Source: Catajapyx aquilonaris (lineage: Eukaryota). From it: a stretch of 20,000 nt of DNA. Shown in pieces: positions 9,254 to 19,419 of the stretch. The notes beneath the pieces are model-generated. The model searched no databases. It worked only from the letters and a program-made list of their open reading frames with translations, and was not told where the DNA came from. The position numbers and the translations under genes are program-made. Each line of letters begins with the position of its first letter. Position 1 is the first letter of the stretch. The stretch is from contig KZ538400.1 of the NCBI GenBank assembly GCA_000934665.2, positions 54,562 through 74,561 on the forward strand, written 5' to 3'.

Positions 9254-9660
9254 GGATTCTCCGTGGATGGACAAGAAAATATGCAAGAAATCCTTTCAAA
9301 ACGTCTGTACCTCTGCCAGTGTATTGTAGCCTTGGGGATAGTTCGTCCAGGCGGCCACTTCATCTGCAAGCTATTTGACATTTTCACGCCATTCAGTGTT
9401 GGGCTAGTCTACTTGTTGTATCGTTCCTTCGATAAGGTAGCCATACACAAGCCAAACACTAGCAGACCAGCAAACTCGGAACGCTATATAGTGTGCAAGT
9501 GGAAACGTGAGGATTGTGGAACTATTCACCAATACCTGTTTGAGGCTAATATCATGCTAGATAGCCTGGACAGAGTGGAGAAGACAGTGATGGAACTAGT
9601 CCCCCTAAAAGTTCTCCAAGAAAGGGAGTTCTTTGACTACATAGTTGAATCCAACGATGA
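9254..9660 (+). CDS. CMTR1: CMTR1 coding exon (second catalytic Lys and Glu)
   Basis: Follows a 61-nt intron (9193-9253, AAG acceptor), with phase-2 donor GA|GTAAGT at 9661. Reads [16 protein letters not shown]...[19 protein letters not shown]...[13 protein letters not shown], with K at 9368-9370 and E at 9479-9481. Confidence 0.97.
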
Positions 9661-10225
9661 GTAAGTATTAATGTTGAACTGATATATTTTTGTAGTCCTC
9701 AAGGGTTCTTTAACCATAATCCAACAAATTTGGAAGCTAGGTAATATAATTGTGGAGTGTGGCTAACTATCCAACAAGAAGCTTGTGTGATATCATTTGG
9801 GACCATGTAACCATCTATCTATTGCCATTAGGCAATTGCACGTGTTTGAAAAGTAGAAGTAATATTTTTTTGGGAGGACAGAGTTTACCATAATGGGGAA
9901 AAGTAGAATCTATGCTTTTTATCCTGGAGGTGAAAGGCTGTTGTAGTGCAGATGCTGCGTCCAGACTGCTTGACCTTAATCCTGTCTTCGTAATGTGGCA
10001 TTTATGACACTTTTTTGGCTTTGTTTTTAAACAATATTTTGCCAGCCTGGATTATGGTAAAATGGCACTATCTGGAACATGCAAGAGCTTTACGATGAAT
10101 TTAATTCTAGGATGGTGACCTGGGCACTTTTTGTGACCAATGCCACTTTTTTGGCTATAACAAGGAAAATATATAACATTTGAGATTCACTTTTGAAGAC
10201 ATCTTTGGTTGATTCCTGTGATTAA

Positions 10226-11545
10226 CCCCTTCGGCCCCAGATCGGCCCGAACCACACAGTTTTTGGCTTACGCGTACTCCGAAGATACGGACAAGATATT
10301 TTCCAAATAATAACAGCTATACTTACGAGATCTGGGAAAACCCTATGAATGTACCTGGAACCATTTTACTCGTCTAGAAGTCCCTAAATTAATTTCCAAA
10401 AAAGGGCTATAATAACTCGAAATTGGACTACTGCCGCCCAACTTTTAGGCTGATTTAATTATGAAATGCGTGAAAATATGGGGAATAACAACCTTGAGAA
10501 CCATGCCAGACGAATTTGCTGAAATCGTCGTACTTTGCGAGAAATAAATTAATATTTATTTGCGGCTTTCTAGCACTTAGGAAAACTCCTAAATGAGTAT
10601 GAGATGAATTTTCTGAAATCGTCGTACTTCATGAGAAACAAATAAAGGACCTGTTCAAGGTTATCCTGGCAAAGAAAGGCCACCCACATTGCTCAATGAT
10701 TCGTGTCATTAGATGGAGAAAGAGTTCGCCCTTGCTTTGCCAACGAACGCCATCCTGAGTCCGCCCCTCGCTCCTGTCTCTCTTTTAGGGGAGAGTGAGA
10801 GAGAGGAAAGGGAGAGAGGGAGAGATACGCGATTGGGCAAACGCGTGATATCTCGATGGGGCTTGCATTTCGCATATTGGTTCCCTGAGGCGGAATTTGT
10901 CTCCCACGAATATTCTTACAACATTTTTACGGGGTAAAAACCACATGAGTTTTCGTGCCTCTAAATCAACTAATAAAACAGTTCACCACGTGACAACATG
11001 TTTTGAATCCTACCAAGGCCGCTAGGTAGCAACCCCTACCACATCAAAGATACACAGTCAGTGGCGAACACAGCGACCTTTGGCGTAAACCTAGGTGCAT
11101 AGATTATACACTACAAGATGCGCAAGATGGTTGCCGTTTAGGTAGCGGGGCTACTCAGGGTAACCTTGAACCGGTCCTTTGGGAGTTTTCCGAAGTGCCA
11201 GAAAGCCGCAAATAAGTATTAATTTATTTCTCGCAAAGCACGACGATTTCAGCAAATTCCTCTGGTATGGTTCTCAAGGTTATTATTCCGCATATTTTCA
11301 CGCATTTCATAATTAAATCAGCCTAAAAGTTGGGCGGCAGTAGTCCAATTTCGAGTTATTATAGCCCTTTTTTGGAAATTAATTTAGGGACTTCTAGACG
11401 AGTAAAATGGTTCCAGACACATTCATAGGGTTTTCCCAGATCTCGTAAGTATAGCTGTTATTATTTGCAAAATATCATGCCCGTATCTTCGGAGTACGCG
11501 TAAGCCAAAAACTGTGTGGTTCGGGTCGATCTGGGGCCGAAGGGG
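10226..11545. mobile_element. TTAA-targeting foldback MITE (piggyBac-like CCC...GGG ends) with ~360-bp arms
   Basis: TTAA at 10222-10225 and 11546-11549. Arms 10226-~10590 and ~11183-11545 are near-identical reverse complements. Confidence 0.93.
10644..11180. mobile_element. Inner MITE (Kolobok-like ends) inside the foldback element
   Basis: 25-bp inverted repeat with 2 mismatches: aaaggacctgttcaaggttatcctg (10644-10668) / cagggtaaccttgaaccggtccttt (11156-11180). TSD not intact. Confidence 0.7.
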
Positions 11546-12510
11546 TTAAAGGCATTAGTTGAAATTTTTTGGGCAAATAGCATGATCAGGAAAATATAAA
11601 TTAGGCAGTGATGCGTAGTTAGGACTAAGATGGCATTCCGAGAGTGATTGAATTCCTGCTTTCTGGAGGGTAACCTGAGCTTATCAGTAGTGATTCATGA
11701 ACACATTTATTCATGAACAGTTATTCTAAAATGAAGCAAGCCCTTGTGCGACTTCAAGAAATATACAAATAACCCCTGACAAGATCTGCATGAAGGTGCT
11801 TGTATACTGGGACATTTTGGCCACAACAAGGCAAGGGTGCATAACTGATTTTTTTTTTCTTTTTCTGATCGTACTAGTAGCTCAAGAAATGTAAACTAAA
11901 ATGCTGTTTATCTGAGAAGGAATCAAGTCATGATTGTCTCAAAAATATATCCAAAAAGTGCCCACGTCACCTGAGGGCAAACATTTTGCATGCTACAGTT
12001 GCAGAGTTAAACAAGTGAATGTATCAAGCTAAATTTAAGACCTCTGGGGAAGAACGATCCCGGTCCACTTCATGTGAAACTGAGATATTGCCATTTCAAA
12101 TTTCGAAGGCCCATAAGGTTCTATTGTAAATCCCACTTTCGGGGCCTTCCATAGTGGACTATGATCATTACTCCACAACCATGACCAAACCATCATATTC
12201 TACGCTAGTGAAACTATCTTCTGAAATATGTAACTCATTTTTGACAGAAAGTGGTCCCTAATTGTTGTTCCACTGAGGTCTTCAATTCAAGTCAGGGACC
12301 TTTCTCCAGCTCTGGGAGGCAGCAGTAACTCATTGACTGCCTTTAAATTTAAACTTCACATTAAAACCCTTGTTTGAACCATCATTTTACTGTTGCATAG
12401 TGGAAAAACTTGGAACACTAGGTAGCATTTAATTCTGATGGAAATTTTTGTTAGGAGCATACAATTCCATGGGACAGTAGCATGTTCTATGATATCAGGT
12501 TCTGCCTTAA

Positions 12511-13252
12511 AGGAAGGGTTCAGTGATTTTGCATGTTGGGCTTCAAAGATCAAGGAAGACTCCCTGATTCCAGAAACGTGGTTGGTTTTTAAATCTGACG
12601 CCGCGTAAGCAAATGCCGTGAGGTGAAAGTTGAAACCGCTACTGTGTTCGATCCGCTAATGGTACAGCTAGCACCTCCCGTGGAGATCTCGGTAATCTGG
12701 AAGCACCACCAGCGAAGACAATTTTTGAACGAGGAAGTGGATGGATCACTTGGCCCTTCCTCCGATGCCGTTTCATGAGGCCAAGATTTGGGCAATGTGT
12801 ATTCCTCCTCTCTCTCCGGATTATACATCGCGACACTACCCGTCTTGGTAAGTCTAGAACTGGTACGGGAACCATCCTGCCGTGGGTATCACTCAGCCGC
12901 ATGTTCTAAGGGCCACTAGCATGTTCTGATCACTCGTTCTCCCTCCGCCCTGCCCTTCTCATCCTCCCCTACCTCCCCGTGGTCCTTGGCACCCGGGGCG
13001 GGTTCCGCTTGTGTCGAAAACACAAAAACCTTGCTTTCACGTGGTTTGTCGCTATGGGGCCAGCAGTGCTTAGAGCTTTCATTCTTGCCGCTAGAGGGAA
13101 ACCATTTTCGGCACTGATTTTTTTTAAAACCGACTTTGAATTTAAATTTTACGCTTATGGTGCATTTGCTACCAAAACGGGCCGGATCTTCAGAATCAGG
13201 GAGTCCTGCTTGATTTTTGAAGCCCAACATGCCAAATCACTGAACCCTTCCT
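12511..13252. mobile_element. Kolobok-like MITE
   Basis: TTAA at 12507-12510 and 13253-13256, with ~60-bp TIRs aggaagggttcagtgattttgcatgttgggcttcaaa... / ...tttgaagcccaacatgccaaatcactgaacccttcct and AG...CT termini. Confidence 0.88.
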
Positions 13253-15081
13253 TTAAAGTGGGCACATCCGGAAGTACCTCAGCCATACACGTAAGCGAAA
13301 AATAAGACACCATCCTGCCTAGGTGCTCCCAGGACAAGTAACAAATTACCAATAAAAAGAATTAGGTGCCGATATGTGACAACCTGACAGCCAATGAGAG
13401 AGTGCACATGCACATGTGGAGCCTCCATTGGGCCGCAGCCTTGTAGGGAGGGCTAATATATGGAAACTGTCATGTAATTTAGCAAAACTAATAAAGTGAT
13501 TAAAAATCGAACCAAAAATGAATTGATGAAATTGATTTTTAAGTTGAAAAATATATATTTGTGTTGCTCATGAATGTCAAGTGGAATATATGGTAGCGCA
13601 CAATAATTATAAAGAAATATTTTCGAAAAAATGTGATTTTGTTTTTGAATTTGATTTCTGATCAGTCCCATCAGATATGGCCCATATAATTTATCCCTTT
13701 ATCTAGTTTTTAAAGTCATTTCTGCTGGCCCAAGTTAAGAGTGTTTTGGGCAATTATGCTGTCAATTATGGGTGTGGGAGGGAAAGGGCTGATGAGAGCA
13801 GAAGTGCCTCTTCCTTGTAGGTGGGAATGGAATGTGGAAATCGTCATTAATCTGACAAAAGGACAAATTTGACATTTTTGCTTAATCGGATTATGGCCTT
13901 TGCCAGCACCATCAAGTGTTGGGTCACAATCTGACAAAACAGCGAACCAATGGAACAAGTGGTGTCAGAGTCAGAACGGAAAATAATAACACCATCCTAT
14001 GTATTTGTATAGCGGTTTGCAGGTTTCTTTTGGCTCTCCTGTAAAATTATGAAACAGTTGAAGGCATCCTTTGTCAGATCAATGGCGAAATGTGCCCTGT
14101 TGCTGCTTAAGTGTACGGCAACACAGCATGAAATTTTCTTACTTGCCAGAGCTCTTCCGCCCATGAGACACACTAGTTTGGGCCAAGGCTACAATATGTA
14201 TTGGACCGAAACAGGTTAAGATTTAGTCTTTCATTACTGTTGTGCATATACTGTATGTGAACATCCGAAAAAATTAGTATTGCTTACTCTTGAGGTTACA
14301 ATCAGCATTGTAGTTGATCCTACTGGTTGCAATACTGCCAATGCCCCTGTTATGTTTGTATGTTAACCTTGGACCTGCAAATGTAACGGAGTAAAATCAG
14401 ACGTTTTTTGGTCTGTAACACAAAAGATGTCGTGGAAATTTCTGGTCAAAAGATGGTCTTTGTTGCCCTCCCAACCTCCTTTTATACATATGGAATCACA
14501 CTTTCATTCACATCCATAGGAGCAGTGGGTCAGTCAACCACATGTGGACATGGTTGTGAATAGAGTACCGTAAGTCTTCAGGCAGGTGACATATATTTAC
14601 CCATTACAAGTGTATGCCATCAGAGATAGTGGAGGAGTAGAATTCCATCCTTCATCTGGTATTTTTGTGACCCCTAGGACATAAGTCTCTAAAGAGGTGT
14701 GATGCTGAGGAGCATCTGGAGGATCAGTGAAGTGACATCTAGAGGTGTATGTCAGGGTCAGTGGGAGGATTGAAGGTTCAGTAGGATGATCAGATCCTCA
14801 GATGATCAGAGGATGAGAAGATAGAATTATTAGTAGGAGGATGAGTCAGCAGATTAGAAGATAAGGAGGCAGATCACAATGTATCAGAGAGTCTCCTACA
14901 AAGGCATTTGGATGCTGGATGCTTGGGTATAGAAGCAATTCACCAATTAACTTACAATTAAATGACACTGACTTGAGTTTTTTCATTATTAACTCCCTAT
15001 CAAGCTCCCTGCTTAAAGGAAAAGTAATTTTGATATCCAAGGGTGAACCATTGTCATCAATGATTATTAATATTATTCCAG

Positions 15082-15275
15082 GCTTGGTCGCAGACAAGCA
15101 GTCAACCTGGCAAAGATTGCTGCCTTCTGCAAGGATGGAAACTTGGTAGAAGCTCGACAGGCAGAGATGCGGAAGAAGTGCTTGGAATATTGGAAAGTGC
15201 CAGATGTAGCTAGGATGGCTCCTAGCACTGGGCCACCAAAGACCTTTTTTGAAGACCTTGCTGGGACAGATGCTA
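15082..15275 (+). CDS. CMTR1: CMTR1 coding exon (end of methyltransferase domain), not in the ORF track
   Basis: Acceptor tattattccAG at 15081 is phase 2, matching the 9661 donor (GA|G = Glu). Manual translation gives LGRRQAVNLAKIAAFCKDGNLVEARQAEMRKKCLEYWKVPDVARMAPSTGPPKTFFEDLAGTDA. Donor A|GTTAGT at 15276. Confidence 0.92.
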
Positions 15276-15973
15276 GTTAGTAACATGCTCTCTTTTCTAA
15301 CATTTCTGTTGATAAACATTTAACTTTCTTTCCCCTTACTGTTCCCCCCTTAGAGGAATCTGCCCCTTCTCTATCTCTGGCAGTTCCGTGTTAACTAATA
15401 TATTGACTATTTACTAATTTATTAATTTTATTAAATTTGTCACCAAGTGGGCCATTTGCCCATGTAGGGGACATCCTCATACACAACAAATTATTTGTCT
15501 GTAAATAACGGTTCCCATGCTAGGTCTTCATGGAGATCAAACTTGATGGGGACAGCAAAAACTATACTGAACATGAATCTACAGCAACTACAGATAATTT
15601 TGGTGAACAAATAATTTTCCCAGCTCAATGGGAGTAGTGAAATTTTGGTCAGACATTACCATTATGTCCAATAGGAAAAAAGGACTTGTTGGGATTTGAA
15701 GAAAACCTGTCAGTGAGGACAGTAATATGACTTATGCATATTGTAAACATAGCATGTAAATGGTGTACAAAATGCCGTATAATACAAGGGGCTTTCATTA
15801 AGTTGTAAGCCCAACCATGAAGGAGTACGAATTCCGGGCACTAGATGGTACACCATGTAGTACCACGCTTACAAAGACAGCAGCATATTGCATCATCCAG
15901 ATCTGACTTGTGAGGGAAATATGGGGCAGGAAAAAAATCAGTTGTGGGGTGCAAAGTGGAATGCGTTTCCACC

Positions 15974-17342
15974 GTGGGAAGTTTGGAGCAGCACACTGGG
16001 ATCAGATATTTGACGCAAAAAGAGGTGATGCCACAGGATATCCGGTAGGACATGTCTGAGACAATCGGGGATGATGCTCCATCATATGCAACTGTGAAAA
16101 GATGGTCACCTCTTTTCAAAGCTATGTGAGAGAGCCTGGAAGATGACCCCTGCCATGGCAGTCCTGCAACAGCCGTCATAGAGAAAAACATCTCTGCTAT
16201 GGAGACGATGGTGATGGACGACAGAAGGTTTACCATAAGATACATAGCTGAGGTCGGGGAGGTGTGGTGGCCGTGATGGTAACGTCTCGGCTTGCTGAGT
16301 GAAAGGCCCCAGGTTCGATCCCCGCCTGGGGAACTTTCCTTTCACCTGCGTCGGGAGGGTCTCTAACCTGCACCAAGGAGGTGTCTGGCAACCTAACCTC
16401 CTGGGGGACAGCACATGACCCATGTTGTAGACATTGCACTTGCACCCCATGTTCCCTCCCCAAAAAATCCCTACCCCTACCCTACATCCTTGACTCCTTG
16501 CACCGGTGACTGAAGAAAAAATGACAGAGAAAACTGATGGTGGTGTGCCACCCCCCAAATAGGCCATTGATGCCTGGCATGGGGTAAATTTAAAAAAAAA
16601 AAAAAACATAGCTGAGGTCATGGGCATCAGTGTGGGTGCTGTGGAAGTCATTCTCGATCAACCTTTGGCTCAGCAAGGTCTTTGCCCGTTGTGTCTTGCT
16701 GCCTGATACCTCAAGTGAAGATGGTAGAAGAAAATGTGCAATTTTTAAACCATTACAAAAATGACCTTTTCTCATGGATAGTGACCAAGGACAAAACATG
16801 GATTCCCCACTTCACCCCTGAATCTAAAATGGAGTCAAAAAATGGAAACTCTCTGACTCTCCTCCACCATGCAAGTTCATGGTGCTACAGTCCACTTCCT
16901 GGGTGATTTTTCTGTGATGCAGAGGATGTTGTGATGGTGGGATTCTTAGAAAAGGGATGCACAATCAACTATGCCCATCTGCTCCACAAGTTGAGGGAAG
17001 AACTGAAGAAGAAGAGACCTGGAAAATGGATGCGAGGTGTGCTGCTTCTGCAAGACAATGTTCCAGCACACAGTGCATGGGTTTTCGCAGCTGCTGCTCC
17101 TTCCAAATCCTGCCCCATCCACCCCACTCACCAGATCTGGTCCACCCAGACTATTCTATGTTCCCAAACATTAAAGAACACCTTCGTGGAAGGGTGCATG
17201 GTTCTGATCTTCTGAGGTGATTGCTGCTGTGAAAGGGGTTGTCGGGGTGTTCATAAAATAATTTTATCATGAGGGGATAGAGAAGCTGGAGAAACGGTGG
17301 AAAATTTGTGTGGACATCCAGGGGTACTATAAAATAAAATAA
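15974..17342 (+). pseudogene. Mariner transposase pseudogene
   Basis: Fragments GDDAPSYATVKRW, SLEDDPCHGSP, DRRFTIRYIAEV, IVTKDKTWI, KKRPGK..GVLLLQDNVPAHS, LPHPPHSPDLVHPDY and GIEKLEKRWKICV match mariner motifs (TGDETW, HDNARPH, YSPDLAPSDY). It carries stops, frameshifts and a SINE insertion. Confidence 0.93.
16256..16605 (+). mobile_element. tRNA-derived SINE, family A, copy 3
   Basis: A box tggccgtgatgg, B box ggttcgatccc, poly(A) tail, and perfect 14-bp TSD acatagctgaggtc at 16242-16255 and 16606-16619. Confidence 0.95.
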
Positions 17343-17965
17343 CTGCAGGTGTGTATCTCTTTTCTTTCATGGTTGGGCTTAAGAGGCAGCAGCCAAAAAA
17401 GGGGTATCAGTTGACATTTTATTTCATGTCTTTGTGAGCTTTCTAACGCAATGAAATTTTTTTGGAGTGCTCTTCAATGTACCTACCTGGATTAGAGTTA
17501 TTTAATTACGAAAAATTGCGAAGCAAAGTAGTGAAAATGAATCATCGCGAAGTTAGGTGTCGAAATTTGGCGCTTTTCCATTCCATCTCGATAATGATGT
17601 GTGAAGGATGTCCTTTAAAAATGCGAATCCATGTGTTGTGATGGTGTGCAGGGCTTGATGTAGAAATTTTAAAAATCAGTGATACATTTTGGCTGTCGTT
17701 TGGAGGAGAATATTCTAGTCACTTGGAGGAATTTAACAGTTGCTGATTCCTCTTCCAGGGGGGTGGGGGACACTTGATTTCTCAAAGTACCACGTTGCAT
17801 AGTGTAATATTTAAATTTAATATTGAGAGTGTGTCGTCTGAGATGGGCAGGGGTGGGGGGCGGGACGGGTTGTTTATAGGTTTATTTTTACAAGTTTTAA
17901 TTTAGTTCATATTTTAGATTGGCTCGTGGCACCTGTCATCGCTAACTACCCCTTATAGGGAAATG

Positions 17966-17966
<1 letters not shown>

Positions 17967-18038
<72 letters not shown>
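17967..18038. repeat. (GAT)24 microsatellite
   Basis: Perfect trinucleotide run read directly from the sequence. Confidence 0.97.
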
Positions 18039-18041
<3 letters not shown>

Positions 18042-18309
18042 GGCTATTAAAAATTTAATAGCCAAAATAACCAAAAAGGAATTTTGGTTATTAAATTTTT
18101 TAATAGCCAAAATATATCACTAATTTTTTTAAAGCTGCAGGAATTAATTTTGCTAAAGATAATTACATAGGAAAGTATTTGCAGTACAGGGTGTTCCGCT
18201 TAGAGGTATAATAAAAGAAAAATTCATAACGTACAAAGTACTAGTTGTAATGACAGAAGGTGTGTGACAATTTAGAGCAGATTTGGATATTTTTTATACT
18301 TATTTAATA

Positions 18310-18912
18310 CACTAAAACTTCTCTAAGTCGACCTTCCCTAAGTCGAAGTTCTCTATAAGTCGAAGAAAATGATGAGCTTGGTTGGTCACAATGTAAAATA
18401 ATAGGAAATAAACTTCCCTAACTCGAATTTCTATAACTCGAAGTTCTCCATAACTCGAAGTGCTGGCAGGGCCTTACGATGGGATATCAATGCACTTTCA
18501 GTCTCCCTAAGTCGAAGTTCACGTTGCAAGTCCGGAAAATTTTCTAATTTCCCAGACGAAGGGTCGAGAGGAGGCCACATGTCTACAGAAAGGCTCAATT
18601 TCCTGATCTCCGTCTACCAGATGTACCGAAAGAAGTGTTTGGCTCGATTGTGACAATTGAATCCTTGAATCTAAGAGTAGGCAAATGTCCATAACATAGA
18701 TTTTTTTTTACAACAAAACAACGAGGAACATTGCAAGTGTGATAGTGACAGTTATTTTTAAGTTTTGAACACCTTTTGTAGCTGGATATAAAGGTAGGCT
18801 TCCTTACAGAGTTATGTGCTTTAAAATATCCAAACCTCTCTAACTCGAATCTTCTATAACTCGGAAGTTTTTTTCCGGTCCCATGGAGATTCGACTTATA
18901 GAAGTTTTACTG
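18310..18912. mobile_element. pogo/Tigger-like MITE nested in the rosa-like element
   Basis: TIRs cactaaaacttctctaagtcga / tcgacttatagaagttttactg with TA on both flanks, plus multiple internal taagtcgaa/taactcgaa subrepeats. Confidence 0.88.
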
Positions 18913-18951
18913 TACACTCAATTTCTTACTGATACACTTCATTAATACAAA

Positions 18952-19419
18952 CGGGATTCCCCTAAATGCAATGATTGGTGTGAGGTAATGAAGTGCAAAA
19001 TCACAGGTTCCTTTTTTTCTCGGAGACCAGGGTAACTGGACTTACATGCCTGAGAATGTTACAGAAATTCGCTATGCTTCAGCTAACTTCAAGGAACAAT
19101 TTTCAATAAAATGGGCTCCCCTCACTTTGCCAATGATGTCAGCACATTCTGGGATGACCATTGCAGGATGGATTGGGAGACGATCAACGTTCATTGCATG
19201 GCCCCCCAAATGACCAAACCGAACTCTACCTAACTTTTTCCTGTTGGGGTTTGTGAAAGACAGGCTACACAGGTGCATAATTTGGCAGACTTGCGCGACA
19301 GAATTTGCGCTGCGATTCAAAATGTAACACCCAAAATGCTTCTCAACGCATGGGTTGAGGCAGACTTCCGGTTTGTCCTTGGCTGCGCTACCAGTGGAGT
19401 TCATGTAGGAGTGCATTAG
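18952..19419 (+). pseudogene. C-terminal remnant of a rosa/DD41D-like transposase
   Basis: Pieces RDSPKCNDWCEVMKCKITGSFF, GWIGRRSTFIAWPPK*PNRTLPNFFLLGFVKD and LADLRDRICAAIQNVTPKML resemble the WIGR...WPPRSPDLTPLDFFLWGYVK consensus. It carries stops and frameshifts. Confidence 0.82.

Larger units (their letters stand above)
10114..11971. mobile_element. Old non-autonomous DNA element (outer shell of a nest)
   Basis: 20-bp inverted repeat with 1 mismatch: ggtgacctgggcactttttg (10114-10133) / caaaaagtgcccacgtcacc (11952-11971). TSD not preserved. Confidence 0.55.
15785..17381 (+). mobile_element. Decayed near-full-length mariner (DD34D-type) transposon
   Basis: TA followed by 5' TIR caaggggctttcattaagttgtaagcccaaccatgaa. 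A partial 3' TIR ttcatggttgggctta ends at 17381, and a transposase remnant lies inside. Confidence 0.92.

Noticed and set aside
9661..9664. Apparent stop codon truncating CMTR1 after the methyltransferase core
   Set aside because: The TAA lies within a consensus GTAAGT donor, and a phase-matched exon exists at 15082.
12356..13352. Cluster of ORFs, two sharing IFEAQHAKSLNPSFK
   Set aside because: The shared peptide comes from the two TIRs of the MITE, and no transposase or other domain is recognisable.
13257..13695. Possible second TTAA element adjoining the Kolobok-like MITE
   Set aside because: The putative ends (agtgggcacatc / gatatggcccat) match too poorly to call.
13725..14190. Weak inverted similarity tggcccaagttaagagtgt / acacactagtttgggcca
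   Set aside because: Too degenerate and no TSD, so it may be an old MITE but is unsupported.
14846..15319. 157-aa minus-strand ORF and 76-aa plus-strand ORF 14919-15149
   Set aside because: These are antisense and off-frame shadows of the real CMTR1 exon at 15082-15275.
15841..16651. Minus-strand ORFs of 134 and 181 aa
   Set aside because: They are antisense to the mariner pseudogene and the SINE.
18310..18530. Short spaced repeats (taagtcgaa/taactcgaa) superficially like a CRISPR array
   Set aside because: The repeats are about 9 nt, irregularly spaced and inside a TA-flanked MITE in a eukaryotic intron, with no cas genes.
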